A stretch of 64,000 nt of DNA from Klebsormidium nitens (Eukaryota; Plantae; Klebsormidiophyceae): contig DF237043.1 of the NCBI GenBank assembly GCA_000708835.1, forward strand, positions 124,001-188,000, in the 5' to 3' direction. Position 1 is the first letter of the stretch. Every line of letters starts with the position of its first letter. Below are positions 48,701 through 61,164 of this stretch, one piece after another. The translations under genes were made by a program, and so were the position numbers. The notes beneath the pieces are model-generated. The model saw only the letters and a list, made by a program, of their open reading frames with translations. It had not been told where the DNA came from and did no database searches.

Positions 48701-51700
48701 TGCTTATGTCGGAACATGCAAAGAAAGGCCGCAGGCAATCGTGGTCACGTTTGAATCCAGTCTTGCCGTTTCGAATTCGAACCTAAAAGGCCCTTGTCAC
48801 ATCCACCTGAGGCTCGACTTTAGCAAGGCGGCCGCAATAATGCAACTCTTGCCAAAGCAAAAACGACTCCAACGCTCACTTGGTCATGTTGGACACTGCT
48901 TCCGTGGTGGTGTTCTCCCCGAGCGACAGCTGTACGCAGCCGGACGAGAGCACCGGACCGTCGGACGTTTGCAGCCGTTGTACCAGCCGTGCAAGCGCGC
49001 GCTGCCCGTTCGAATAAGCGTCCGAAACGGATTCGAAGTCGTCCAGCATCACCCAATGTATCACGTAGATAATCTGCGCATTGAGAGGAATCCAATCGTT
49101 TCCCATTGCTCTAGGAAAAACGAGGAACACGCGGGGCACCTTCAGGAGCCGCTTCCGAAGCGGAGGACGCTTCCAGCATCACGAATCACGTGGATGATCT
49201 GCACGTCGAGGAGGACTCAATGAGCACTCGTCGTTAGAGAACGAAGTGCAAAGGTCCCAGTTCGAGGAATTCTCGAACTCGTGGACGCGAACACTCCAGC
49301 ATCGTGGAACAGATCACATAGATAATTTAACCTTGCGGAAAAACAACGCACTGGTCTGGCCTGTCAGTACAAAGAGGATCGGGGACTGATCCCCCAGGCG
49401 ACCAACTAATCGAGGCTCCGCTCAGAAAAGGCACGTGCTCTAGGATTGCAGTGACACCAAGGTGTGCTAACAAGGACTGTGCGTCGCCCGAGAATCATCT
49501 GCTGAGGAACGACGACAAGAAGCGGCTGAAACGGAGGTGCTGACGGTCAGAAGTACAGCACACACGACGAACAAAGTGCTCAGTGAAACCTAACACAAAG
49601 TGGCTGTTTTCAGTCGACCGAAGCAGAATACTAAGTATCCACGCCAGATCTCCGTATGAGACAGCGAACAGATTTCGCCAACCAACGAGCCGCACTACTT
49701 TTCTCTCACTCTCCAAGCCTGACAGAGCCGTATAAGTATTGAGAAATGCGCAAACAGAAGCGTTAGACAGACAAAGTACAAGTAAGAAAGCCAAGGAAGG
49801 AACAAAACGAGTGTCGTCAACGGAAGGCCCACCTTGGTGACGTGGTCAAAGACGACTACGTCGTGGTACAGCCCGAGGTGGATGTCGGGTAACCCTCGGT
49901 CATCGTCAGGCGCGTTCGCAAACGGCAGCTTCTTGCTCTCTACGTACCGGACCGTGTCGTACGATGTATAGCCCACCCATCCGCCTGCATGAGGGGCGCT
50001 CTGATATTTTCGTTTGAATATCCGCAACGAGCTGTCGGCTTTTGTCCCTGGACCTTTTGATCTTGCGCTGTGTGCTTCTTGTTTCGAACGTTCTGTTGTC
50101 GATACATTCATGGCAATGCTCTTGACGAGCTGTCTGCTTTTGGCCCTGAATTCTCTGATATCGTGCTGTCTGCTTTCCTTTTTATACTTCTTGTTGTCGA
50201 ACTGTCTGCTTCTAAATGGTGCAGAGCAACGTTTTCAGGAGGGCGGATTGATCCTGCCCGTTGCCACATTCGACCGGGTCAAGAGAGACGCCGGCATGCC
50301 GAGTATGTTTCGCCGGAGCAGAGTATCAAAAAGCTGCATCAACGTTGTATCCTGGCTTCTGGCTATGGTCAGTGAGCGAACATTTCTCCTTTCCCTTTGG
50401 CCATGCATTTCAACAAAATCTCAAGAGCCCAGACTATTTTACTCACCGCAGAAGCAGTCTGGCAGTCCATCTACAGTGGCTGGCCGCCAGTCCTCTGACA
50501 GCTCCACGGGCACCTGGAGGGGGTCTTGGCTCAGCTTCTCCTCGCGCCCCCCCTTTGCATGGTCGAGGATCGTCACCAGCTCCTCTTTCGCAATCACCTC
50601 GAGGGACGGGTGGGCACCGACAAAGCTGTACCGCCCCTGGTATGAAAACCGGTATGGATGTCAGTTTCGGCTCTACTGCAGCAGGCCAACTTTAACAAAA
50701 GCTAACATGCTAGAGGATTTCTGAAGCTTTGATGATGAGAGTCGAGTGCGGTCTTTCGAATTCGGAGGAAAGATGGATCTTGTAGGACGATAGTAATTCC
50801 GGCTTCCCGCTTTTGATAGCAGAGGACCAACTACCAGAAGACCGTCAGGAAAAACAGCGGTGTGAGGCTGGCGCCATGGGGTTCAACTGCACCACCACAA
50901 AGCTATATTCATGTGTCCCAACAATGACAAGATGATGATTTGCCTCCTTGAAGACGTGGCTGTGTGCGTAGAATGCCGTCTCAGGGTTTAGCCAGCCTGA
51001 CAAACATGTTTGTTGGTGTCTTTCCAGCCCGCTACTCAGTTACCTTCCGAGGTACACCGAAAACCGACCTTGTCAGGAATGCCAAACGGAGTCGTAGACT
51101 TTCCTCGTTATGAAAATCTGGCAAAATAGTATGCTTGCAGAATCATATGGGAGTAAACGTCCACTTATAAAAATCTGGCGCAATTGTGCTTACCGCGCGA
51201 ATTCCGTCTTCCACCGATTCTAGCAGGAAGCTGGGCGCCTCCTTGTCGTCCCCCCTCACTAAACACTTGTACGCTAGGACAGGCGTCAGCTGGTCGGAGA
51301 AGATGCGCCGAAACATGGGGACCAGATTGCCCCGCTCAGCGGCTTTGGAGAAGGAGGCATAGTCTGCAGAGGCGGGATACTTACTTTAACGAACCTGACC
51401 TCACTGACCAAGCGGGCTCCAAAGGCTGTCATACATGGGCCGCTCAATGTTGGACAGCTTGTGATGTGAAGGGATCTGGCCTATTTGCATCAGAAACCTT
51501 CAGGAATAGTCTGGTGGATTCCAGAAGGCACCAATGCACGACCGCAAAGCTGACAGCCTATGTTGCATTGGGCAAATATATCACAATGCAAAGCTGCAGG
51601 GTGGTGTTCGGAGAGCTCAAATGCACTCTCAAATTTCCAATTTTGCAGAAGAGTCTGCAAATGGAGGTCATTGAACGCTGAAATCATCAGCAGATCGTGA

Positions 51701-52071
51701 TAATGGTGGTCTGCTAACGCGAGAGTACAATGTCCAATCTGCACTTTGAGACGCTCACCTTCTGTAACCTCCTGCGGTGTCTCCACAGCTGGAGCCACCG
51801 CCACTGCTACTGCCCGTCGTTTTACCGTTGGCCTTTCATCCGCTTTGAAAGTTGTTCTAGAGTTGCCAGCAACATACTGTGGCCCCAGAGTTGGACTCGG
51901 GCCCTGGTAAGAGGAATTCGCTAAGCACGCTCTTCGTGATCCACAGCAAACAGCGAGACCTTGCCGGACCAGTGCATCAGCCTCACCCACCCCGCTCCCA
52001 GCTTGCGCAGAAGCGGACCCCAGTAACAGCGGCCCCCGCAGCAGCCTTGCTTGGAGGCCGGCCTGCGCCAT
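45756..52071 (-). CDS. ASA: Anthranilate synthase component I (alpha subunit, TrpE/ASA), plastid-targeted
   Basis: Exons 52071-51759, 51363-51194, 50636-50447, 49984-49833, 49073-48880, 48421-48196, 47817-47665, 47061-46894, 46532-46447, 46008-45756. Motifs: [107 protein letters not shown]. Confidence 0.97.
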
Positions 52072-52765
52072 TGTGCCTTTTGCCCTCAATGGCCAGGGCC
52101 AGGACCCGAGGGGCAATCAGCTTTTTGCTCGTCAAATGCCCCTGGCAAAAGCACTCAATGCTGACAGTGATGTCGCCTCATGAATCATGAATGCACAAAT
52201 GCCAATGGCAATGTGGGGAATGTTGCCCTCTGAGTCTCGGCAAATCGGCATTTGGCTGTGACGCCGACGGCGAGAAGGTTGAGCACAGACCGTATTCTAA
52301 TCGCCACTCATACCCCCCGTTGCATCACTTGCAGGATTAGAATACTGCATACTGATGTTAAGCCTGTACGACCGGACTTTTAGGGCGCATCCAAACTCCA
52401 TCAATTTTGCGCCGGCCAGCTGTCTCATGCCATTGGCATTGGTCCTCGAGCCTATTAAAGGTCCAGGAACAGCTTCAAAGTCTTCAGATTGTGTAGATTT
52501 GATTTCAACAGCAATCCATCAAGAGAACGCTGCACACAATCAGCCTGGCGCTGCATCTGTTATGAGCCGCAGGCGCCCTCTCCCCTCTAGCCTCTAGGAT
52601 CGAAGTCCCTGCTGCGGGGTCCGGAAGCGGAGCCTTCAGATCGTGGCTTCCTGCGCACCTCCTGGGTCGGCCATATTGTCCACTCAGACTGCACGATTGC
52701 AGCCATTGTTTCAGTTGCAAAAGAAGAAGGTGGCCCAGAATTTGGGAGACCAGTGTTGGAACAAC

Positions 52766-54730
52766 ATGGCCACTTGTCAGATTGTCCACCCATCCGCAAC
52801 CCTGAGCCAAACGAGGCTCTGTTCACTCCACAATCCAACAGCATTGCATTCTACTAGGTTATTCTCGTCGCCCCATCTTTCCAGTTGCCTGGTTCTCCCA
52901 GCAGAAGGACCATCATCTTTGCAATTGCCTCATTTAGCGGTGGCTCGGGCATATTCTGTTGCACGGAAGACCACTAGACCGGCACTAGGAAAGACTGGGA
53001 CAAGCTGGCGGCCAGTGACAGCATTCGCTCCTTCTCTCCCAACACGTTTCCAAGTAGCTCGCAATTGCGCGGGCAGGATCAAGCGTAGGCATGCCGAGAT
53101 CCATCATTCAAATGAGCGCGGCCTGGTCTGCCGAGCCTCGTTCAGCTGGCGCGACTCAGGCGATTCGGAAGAGGAAGAGTGCGACGAGAATGGCATCTGC
53201 ACCCCAGCTGGTATGAAGGTGTTTGACGATGGGAGGCAACTGTTCAACCAGCGGGAGTTCTACAAGTGTCATGACGTCCTTGAGGAGCTGTGGCATGTAT
53301 CTCCGGAGCCGCAACGCTCCGTGTTGCATGGGATCTTGCAGTGCGCCGTGGGACTGTACCACCTGCAGAACCAGGTAGGAGTGCAACACATGATGTGGCT
53401 CTGTATTCTGCTCCTTGGCTTAGAGGATTGTGATCTGACGTGGTGGAATTTCAGGAAAGATGCGCTCTCGAACAGTCTTGCTTGTGAACTGTGCTGCTTG
53501 AATTCTGTTGCAGCCTTGTGGTCTGGTTGTTTCGTTGAACTGCGGTGTGTCAACTCATTCAAATTGGTGGTCACGGCATGCACAGATCTACATTCCATTC
53601 TCTCTGTCCGGAATCCGAATCCGCTTTGAGTCCTCTCCGAGCAGTCTCAGCTTCATTTAACATACGCAGTCCCACTTCTGTGATGGAAAAGTAGAGTCCC
53701 AAGAGTATAATCGAAGTTCATGGGTTTCGAGGGGGGAACCTGCATCTCAGAAGGCAAGTCCTTCCGTGAGGGTGCACACTACGGATCTGTGTCTTGCACT
53801 ACTGTTCACGGAGCACTTGCTCACATTGCGCAATCTTTCAATCTGCAGAACCATAGGGGTGCGCTCATCCAGTTTGGAGAGGGTCTCCACAAGCTCCGGC
53901 GGCAGCAGTTGCGGGACGGGCCGCTGTTCGACTTTGAGCAAGGCATGTCTGCGCTGCTGGAGTTCGTGTACAACACTCAAATTGAGCATGCCGCCTGCGA
54001 CGAGGAGACGTGCGCCCCAATGACAGGGGACGATGAGTCGTACAGGTAATACGTCTCCGTTGATTAGGCTCAGTCGTTGACCTTTTTCGATCAACCCCGT
54101 GCAAGTCGGATGGAGCTGCAATAAGGCGTCTCCAAATGGAAAATGTAGGATAACCATCTAGAGGTGTCTTCTCTTAAGAAAGGTCCGCTTCTGACAGGGT
54201 GCCGGAACGAGAGCCCCGAAGTTTCAGACGCTGTGAGGCTGAGTGTCTCCTAGACGAAACGAAGTGAACAATGGTTTTGGGTGGCACCCTGTTCATTGAT
54301 GGTCTGCGCCCGTGAATTGGGCAACGAGGGATTTTGGGTTACATGGATTAAGATACTGAGACAACTAAGCGAGAAGGTTGACTGGACCTTGTTTGTCAGC
54401 TGACTTGTGGCACTCAATTCGGAACCAGCACTTAAGGGGAGAATGCTTCGGCTCCTGTGCAGCTTTGTCTATGACGTGCTTCCGATCTGACTCGTACTAT
54501 CCAGAGTCGATCCTGAGAGTCTTTTAACTCATTCTTGCAGGTTGCTGGGAAACTTCGGTGCTGGCCAGCCGATGTACACGATCGAGGAAGGCCGTGATGG
54601 TTGTATATACCTCCACTTTAACTCGGCTCGGCAGGAAAAGCTGGTAGCCCAGGGCTTCGAGCAACAGCGAGTTGTCCTGCCGGTGCTGGAAGTCACCGAA
54701 GCCGATCTTCTCGAGTTAAGTTGCAGATGA
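52766..54730 (+). CDS. DUF309 family protein with a predicted plastid transit peptide
   Basis: Exons 52766(start tentative)-53374, 53849-54045, 54541-54730. Motif FNQREFYKCHDVLEELWH...LHGILQCAVGLYHLQNQNHRGALIQFGEG is typical of DUF309. Confidence 0.88.
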
Positions 54731-55257
54731 TAAGGCCATGGGTTTCGGAAGGTTATGTGCACGTGTGCACGCCAGTACTTTAGTCGAATATAGACTCAAA
54801 CTTAGAGCCTTTCTTAACATTCAGGGCCCCCGAAACGAGCATGTATTCTCCACCTCTCAGAAGATGGGTTGACGCTTTCCAAAATCGAGAAACGAAAGAA
54901 CATTTCCGACTATAGTTGCCCCATGCATTGTCTGATTGACATCTGCATGTGTAAAGTAGGTATATGGGTGCTCAACAGCTCAATGTCTTCTGGCATGCTG
55001 TACGGGGGCAATCAAAGCTGATCATAGGGTCACGGAATGCAAGAATCTTGCTATAGTTACATGGGGCCGTTTGGTGGGCAGTCACTTGTCACATTTGCGC
55101 AAGAATCTTGAGACGATCCCAACGAACAGGCGGGACCGCTAGCACATGACGCAAGTACGTGCATTTTATCTTCTCGTCTATGGACATGATGCATGGCCAC
55201 CGGGCCGGCCACCTTATCTCAATCATTGTACTATTTCTCGTTTCCTTGTCATCAGGA

Positions 55258-55953
55258 TTAGGGCCTGTATATAGGCGGTTGGGCCCATGATTCGAAGGCG
55301 CAAACGAACTGAGAGCTAGGCAGATTTGAAGAATTTGATATCAGGGATTTCTGCATCTGCAAAGTTGGTGAACGAACTAGCGGACAACCTTCTGGCGGTC
55401 TGAGTAGATCTAGAGGTTCTCGACCGTCGGTTTTCAAATGGGAGCGCGAAATCGACGGCGGGTTCAAGAAGAACTGGCGCCAATGTGGCAGCTGATGTGG
55501 CAAATTGGCTGTCTTTGATTTGTCCAAAAGCGACAAAAGATCTTCATATCCACTTTCCTGGACAAGATACTTGCAACTTTTGGCCTTTTGGAAGATTTTT
55601 TGCTGCAAAAGAAGGAAGCATTGGATTTTGGAGAGAGAGTAGACTCTAGAGGCGGCCTTCACGCTTCTGGAACTTGGAAGATTTCTCAAGGCCTCTACAA
55701 TCAGAATTGCAACTGACGTGGGCGCACTCTCCTTGTGGAAAGGCGATGGTGAGTACCTCTGGTAGAATTCTGAGATTTTTCTGAGCGCATAAAGAAGCTG
55801 GGTGCTGAAATTGGGTTCTTCACCAATATCACAGTATTGTCCCAGATGTCTAGCTTCTATCCAGCCCCGAAGCAATGTATCATTGGCCAGTTTGTGATTG
55901 AACCGAGAGGCAATTGAAACCTCTGCTAGGAGACCATAGTTAGGGGCTGTCAT
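55258..55953 (-). CDS. Orphan single-exon ORF, 231 aa, function unknown
   Basis: An ATG-initiated 696-nt ORF in otherwise intergenic DNA. I recognise no motif, and it lacks the high GC3 of the neighbouring exons. Confidence 0.3.
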   Translation of the reverse strand: MTAPNYGLLAEVSIASRFNHKLANDTLLRGWIEARHLGQYCDIGEEPNFSTQLLYALRKISEFYQRYSPSPFHKESAPTSVAILIVEALRNLPSSRSVKAASRVYSLSKIQCFLLLQQKIFQKAKSCKYLVQESGYEDLLSLLDKSKTANLPHQLPHWRQFFLNPPSISRSHLKTDGREPLDLLRPPEGCPLVRSPTLQMQKSLISNSSNLPSSQFVCAFESWAQPPIYRP

Positions 55954-56409
55954 GTCTGAGAGTTGCGTGCAAAGAAGATATCAGTTGAGTTGCTTGGCCA
56001 AAATGTGATGAAAACCAAAGGCAAGAGAGAGACCTTTCTAAAGCTAGAAACCCATGGAGGGCTTTTATGTATCAGAGTTGTGTGCAGTGTGCATTGTGTT
56101 AGTTGGCTTGTAGTGTCTGCACCATTTTGGTACTTTTTGCGGCCTTCTGCTTTCACTCTCCTTGCTCATACACTATGTTTGAATGCCATGAAACCTGCGG
56201 CATGTGCCTTGGTCTGCTGGTCAAAGAGCAGCCAGAAGCACTGAGTCCAACTTGCTCCCTTCAATTGACCCTAACACCACTTCGTCTTAGAAACGCAGAC
56301 TTTGAAATTGTGGGGAGCGCTGCATTCTGGTAATGGCGCTGCAACCACCGTTGCGACACTTTCATATTGTCAGAGCGGAATTGATGACCTTGCTCCATTA
56401 TGTTTGCAG

Positions 56410-59400
56410 GCTCTCTCCACAGTCTCGCAGCTGGGGTCGTTGGTCCAGAATATAGGGTTCACCTCAACCAGTCGAACTCAAGATTCAGTGGGCCCATCCA
56501 CAGCACAGACTTTGGCGCCTACTCTTCGGCAAAAGCACTCAGCCCCATCCGCAGCATTGGAGCTCCATAACTGCAGAAACTGGGGCGCACACAAAGCACA
56601 GAACTTTCTCAGAGGTCAATCGGTGAGGCGGTCAGCGGCGAAAAATGCACCGGCAGCGGGCATTCAGATGTCGGGCGGAGACGAGAAGCTTCCCAGCCTG
56701 TACGAGTTGCCGCTGACGAGTTTTATCGACCAAAGCGGTTACATTAACCCGCCGGTGGAGAAGAACACGGAGGCCAGCGTGTTTGCGGTGCTGGATGAGG
56801 CGAAGAAGGTGCAGTACATCGGGTTTTCCAAGGACGTCCGGAACTCGCTGCGGACGCTTTTGTGTCGGAGGCCGGACAAGTGCCACTACTACAAGCTGCA
56901 TAACCTATCGGTCCTGGACCAGCAGCGCATGATCGAGATCAGGAACTCGGTGAGCGATGCCTCTTTCTCAACAGAAATCTTCCATGGGGAAGCTGGAGAC
57001 ATGCTCGAGTCCATGAGTAGGCAGCATTCTCCTCAAAAAAAGCCGCTCAGCATCGACTTTCCACATTTGTACTTGGCGTCGTGTTCCTCATTATGCTACC
57101 ACCTCATCAAGAAAACAAGTAAACGCAGAAGATCTCGAGTTCTAAGTCAAATTGAGCCTGTTTGGCACAGGTCATGCAGGTCTAGACTTAACAGCGACTC
57201 CTAGCGGGCGGAAAGTCCTTGAAGCAACTATGAACATTTGAGCAGTCAAGACCACGAAACCAACAATGGCCTGTATGGAGGCCTCCTTATCATGACGGTG
57301 ACGGTACCAATCTGAGGCTGTTCTAACCCTAGATTGTAGGATGCGAGCTGCTCATTGCCTGAGCAAGATGGCTGTGGACCATTTTTCAATATGAAGGACC
57401 ATATTGTGACCGATTTTGTGGCGGCGTTCGTGCAGTGGTCGTCAGAGCTCGGTCTACCTCCCCCGGGTAACGCAGACCCGTACCAGAAGAACCAGTGGGA
57501 AAAGCCTGTCGATGCTGGGTCAATTTCGGAGAGGGGGATGGCTGCTGCGGGCGCCTCAAAAGCAAAGGCGCTGCTTGGAGAGATGCAAGCCAGGGGGCTC
57601 AAGGAAGAGGTCAGGGCTGTGCGAGACTCGGTCCGCTTTGAGTCCAGGCTATGCAATTGTGGGAAAGGGAGTGTCGAGCATCGCCTCAAAATTGGTACTT
57701 TGTCAGGTCTATGTTGAAGATGGATGACGTGTCTCCCTGCGGAAGGACGTAAGGCAACCAAAAATGTCAAGAGGGTAAACTGAATTGTCAGGAATTCTTT
57801 CTGCAGAAGTTTGAGCTTGAGTATGTCCTTGAAAAGGCAAACAGGGATCAAAAGGACTACTTCTTGACGACTTTGCGGAGGCTGCCACTAGAAGGTCAAA
57901 TATTGGTGGCATCATCTGTCTATGCACACCACTTGCTCATTGAGGCCGCACTTTTGCAGATGATCTACGACCCAGCCTTGCTGGAGAGGGGCAGATGCGA
58001 TGTTCTTCCGGTGAGCCACATGGGTCCATTCGTTTGCTGTGTATTCATACTGACGGGCCTTTTCTACCCAATTACATGATGAATAAAAGGGGGCAGTTTC
58101 GCCCGCCAGGCTTCTGTCGAAATTCTTGGGGATTCGTTCACAAAGAACAGCTGCCACAATTAATTGAGGCAGGTGTGAAGCGGATTGCAAACAGGGCAAG
58201 CAGAAAGAAGAGGTGGACAGCTGCGCAAGAAAGGAAAGTTGGTCCATTTTAGTTCTCAAGGATAGAAAGAAAGGCATTCCTGCTTTTGAGCTTCATCATA
58301 ACAGTCCCCCTTGGGATGAGCATGGGACTCGCTTGAGTTCCAGGCTCTCAAACTTTGATTCCTAGTCCGAGGAATTGGCGGCATGTCGAGCAACTGTGTC
58401 TGTTTACCGCTGGGCTGTTGACAATAGACTGGCGTCCAACTGGAAAACGCAGACAGAGGGAGAGTGGTGAAGGACCAGTTCCACTCTTCTGAAGAGTCAG
58501 CCATTTCAGATCATTGCAAGTAAAAGGCAATCACGCCGAATCTGCAAAACTGTGGAGGAACTGTGCGTAAAGCTGAAAAGGTGGTGTTCTCGTGTATTCA
58601 AATTTCAGGCAGCTGATTTGTTTCCAACCAGGCTGGAGGCCATTAAAGACTCTTGGTCCGCATTCGAGTGCAGCTGAAGGTTAAGATGGTCCGAGAAGCA
58701 TACCAGCCACTCACTATACCCGGTTCTGGATTGTTGCACTTCCAAGGCAAAGACCATTGAGAAGGTCCAAGCTGCTGAAAGAACTGAACGCTAACTCGAA
58801 ACCAATCACGACGTTTTGGAACTTAAGCAGCCACCAACAAACCTGGTCACTGCGATATGGAGTCCAAGCAGAAGTCCTCTGAGGAGGTCCAGGCCGCTGA
58901 AAGCAAAGGACGCTACCTGACATTAACCACGCCGTTATCGAACTTAACCAGCCTAAAAACCTGGTCAATGCAGTCCAAGCGGAAGTCCTCTGAGGAGCTC
59001 CAGGCTGCTGAATGCAAAGCACGCTTACCTGAAATCAACCACGCCATTTTCAAACTTAACCAGCCACTAACAACGTGATCCACGCTGCTATGCAGTCCAA
59101 GCAGAAGTCCGCTGAGGAGCTCCAGGCTGCTGAAGACAAAGCACGCTAACCTGACATCAACCAGGCCGTCATCGAATTTAACCAGCCACTAACAACGTGT
59201 CCCCCTGATATGCAGTCCAAGCAAAAGTCCGCTGAGGAGCTCCAGGCGGCATCGGACTTGGAGGCGGAGCGGAAGTCGAACGAGCGCCACGTGTCAGCGG
59301 TGGCCATCGACGGGGAGAAGATCGAGTTCGACATCACATTCACCATGAAGTACAAGACGAACGGGGGCTGGATGTACGACGTGTCAGTCAGCCACCAGGA

Positions 59401-60743
59401 CAGGGTCACCACGTGAGTTGGCCGCTCTCTGCGGTTGTTTCTATCCTGGTAAAGGGAGCTTGCTTCTCAGTGAAAGGACGAACAGGCGATGCTGACGTTA
59501 GCTGCGACTGCAAAGTTCGGGCAGGCATGCGATCTGGTATGCTGCAATTGCGCCAGACTTTGATTGTGTAAAGTGCTGAACGAGGGTCAAGACGGGCTTT
59601 GAAGTTTACTGCGGTAGCAACGCTGACGGTGCGGGTTGGTTGCATGCCTACTTTCTTTCCCGGCATCCGATTGGATCAGCCTCAAAAAGATGACGCTTTG
59701 AAATCATATCTATATTGGACCAATGTCGTTATTGTCAGATCGTCGGAACTTTTTGCCAGTCCGAAATGGTTGCGAGGCCAGTTTGAAAAGAACTCTGTAG
59801 TCGTCCTCTTTGGCTTCATTATCCGCGTGATGGCCATAGAGAGAATGGCGTTCTGGAGGTCGAGTCCGCACTGACCATAACGAGCAGTGCATAAGCAGCG
59901 ATATCTCGAGTTGCTGAACCCTTTTTCCAGAAGAAAAGAGGCCCGACGCCCTTCTCAATCCAAAATCTGTGAGCTGAGACTTTCAAAAGGCCAAGTGCAA
60001 TCTGTCTGTGATATGCCCGGCTGCGGCTATCAGAGCTCCAGTTTGGAATTTCTCCCTTTGGGTATGGTTGGCAACGTGCCTTGTTTGAACGAGTGGGGAC
60101 TTCCTCTGGTGTTGCGTGCAGGCATCGTGTGTTGCTGGGGCAGCCAATGATTGACCTCACCAAATTGGAACCTGAGGTTATCGTCGAACGAACCTTTGCG
60201 TATTTGCTGGTAAGCTCGCCTTCTTGCCAGTCTGCTTCGGCCGTTCAGTTTTTGAGTTATCATCAAAAAACTTGACTGGCAGACAATCAACTACATGAAG
60301 CTTACTGGAGGGACCGTCGAATCAGAACCAGCGTTAGTACCTCCGGCAGTGATTTGAGTATGCGGGGCGTTTGGAGACTCTCGCGCTGTGTACATCATCG
60401 ACTTGTGTATGCCTGCCGAACCTTCGTTTGCGTGCTCTCACTACACTACTGACACTGATCGAGTTCATCGCCAATGCCCCTTCCTTTGCACCCTTTGCAG
60501 AGTAAAAGAATTACACGCCAGACGGAGGGGCTTCTGCACAGTGAGACATTCCCGATCAATTACTTCAGTGTGTCGGAAGTAGAACAGTGGTTCGACGATT
60601 TCAAGATCATGTTTGACAACCAGGAGCTGGTGGGTAACTACTGGCGTTTCAATCGGCTGTACGATTACGGGGCTGGCTACTCTGATTCGCAGCCGGAGCT
60701 TGGTCCTCAAGGGGACGATAAGCAGAAGGCGTTTAGCTGGTAG
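56410..60743 (+). CDS. GIY-YIG-like protein (cyanobacterial / GrxS16 N-terminal type) with an extra uncharacterised C-terminal domain, probably plastid-targeted; start not located
   Basis: Exons ~56410(uncertain)-56949, 57436-57609, 57960-58010, 59216-59412, 60122-60209, 60501-60743, all phase-consistent. SVFAVLDEAKKVQYIGFSKDVRNSL...RRPDKCHYYK...WSSELGLPPPGN...EMQARGLKEEMIYDPALLERG parallels GVYAI..D..LQYVGYSRD...W......PPGN proteins. Confidence 0.8.
58741..59250 (+). repeat. Degenerate ~120-bp tandem array (5 units). Each unit is the intron 3' end plus the first ~36 nt of the exon starting at 59216.
   Basis: The tccaag unit starts at 58741, 58863, 58974, 59096 and 59216 (periods 122, 111, 122, 120). 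Translations: SKQKSSEEVQAA, SKRKSSEELQAA, SKQKSAEELQAA. Confidence 0.92.
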
Positions 60744-61164
60744 TTAGAGGGGCCGAACTGTTCTGAACTTCCGGTCAGTTTGCAGTACGGCTGAAGCTAG
60801 TAGGTCAATTAGAATAAAAGACGCACTTGGCATACCCTTTGAGTTCTGGAGCTTTTGAACGGACTGTAGTAAATCTGCCTCAGAGAGTTCAGTGGCAATT
60901 ATCGCCAAGTTACAGGTACTCTCGCCAATTTACAGGTTTTTGGGTCAGCAAAGGCACCAAGCTGCACAGTCCTTGTAAACCTCGCTCGCAGGAGTTGAGG
61001 CACGTGTACAATAAAAGTGTCCCTTTCCAACATATCCAGGGGCGTTAGTATCTTGATTTGTGCCCAGCTTTATCCCTATGAAAGTGGATGTTCATATCCA
61101 CTTCGAATCGTTTCTCGACTAGCTAACCTTTGTTCGATTGCATGAGTGAAAGTGACAGTAGAAC

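Noticed and set aside
53360-53860. Direct repeat ctgcagaacca at both ends of DUF309 intron 1 (an intron-gain-like signature)
   Set aside because: The repeat is offset by two codons and follows from the encoded NQ-NH dipeptides plus the CAG acceptor, so it is not diagnostic.
58741-59250. CRISPR-like interpretation of the periodic arrays
   Set aside because: The context is eukaryotic, whole units are homologous with no unique spacers, and there are no cas genes. The units are exon-junction duplicates.
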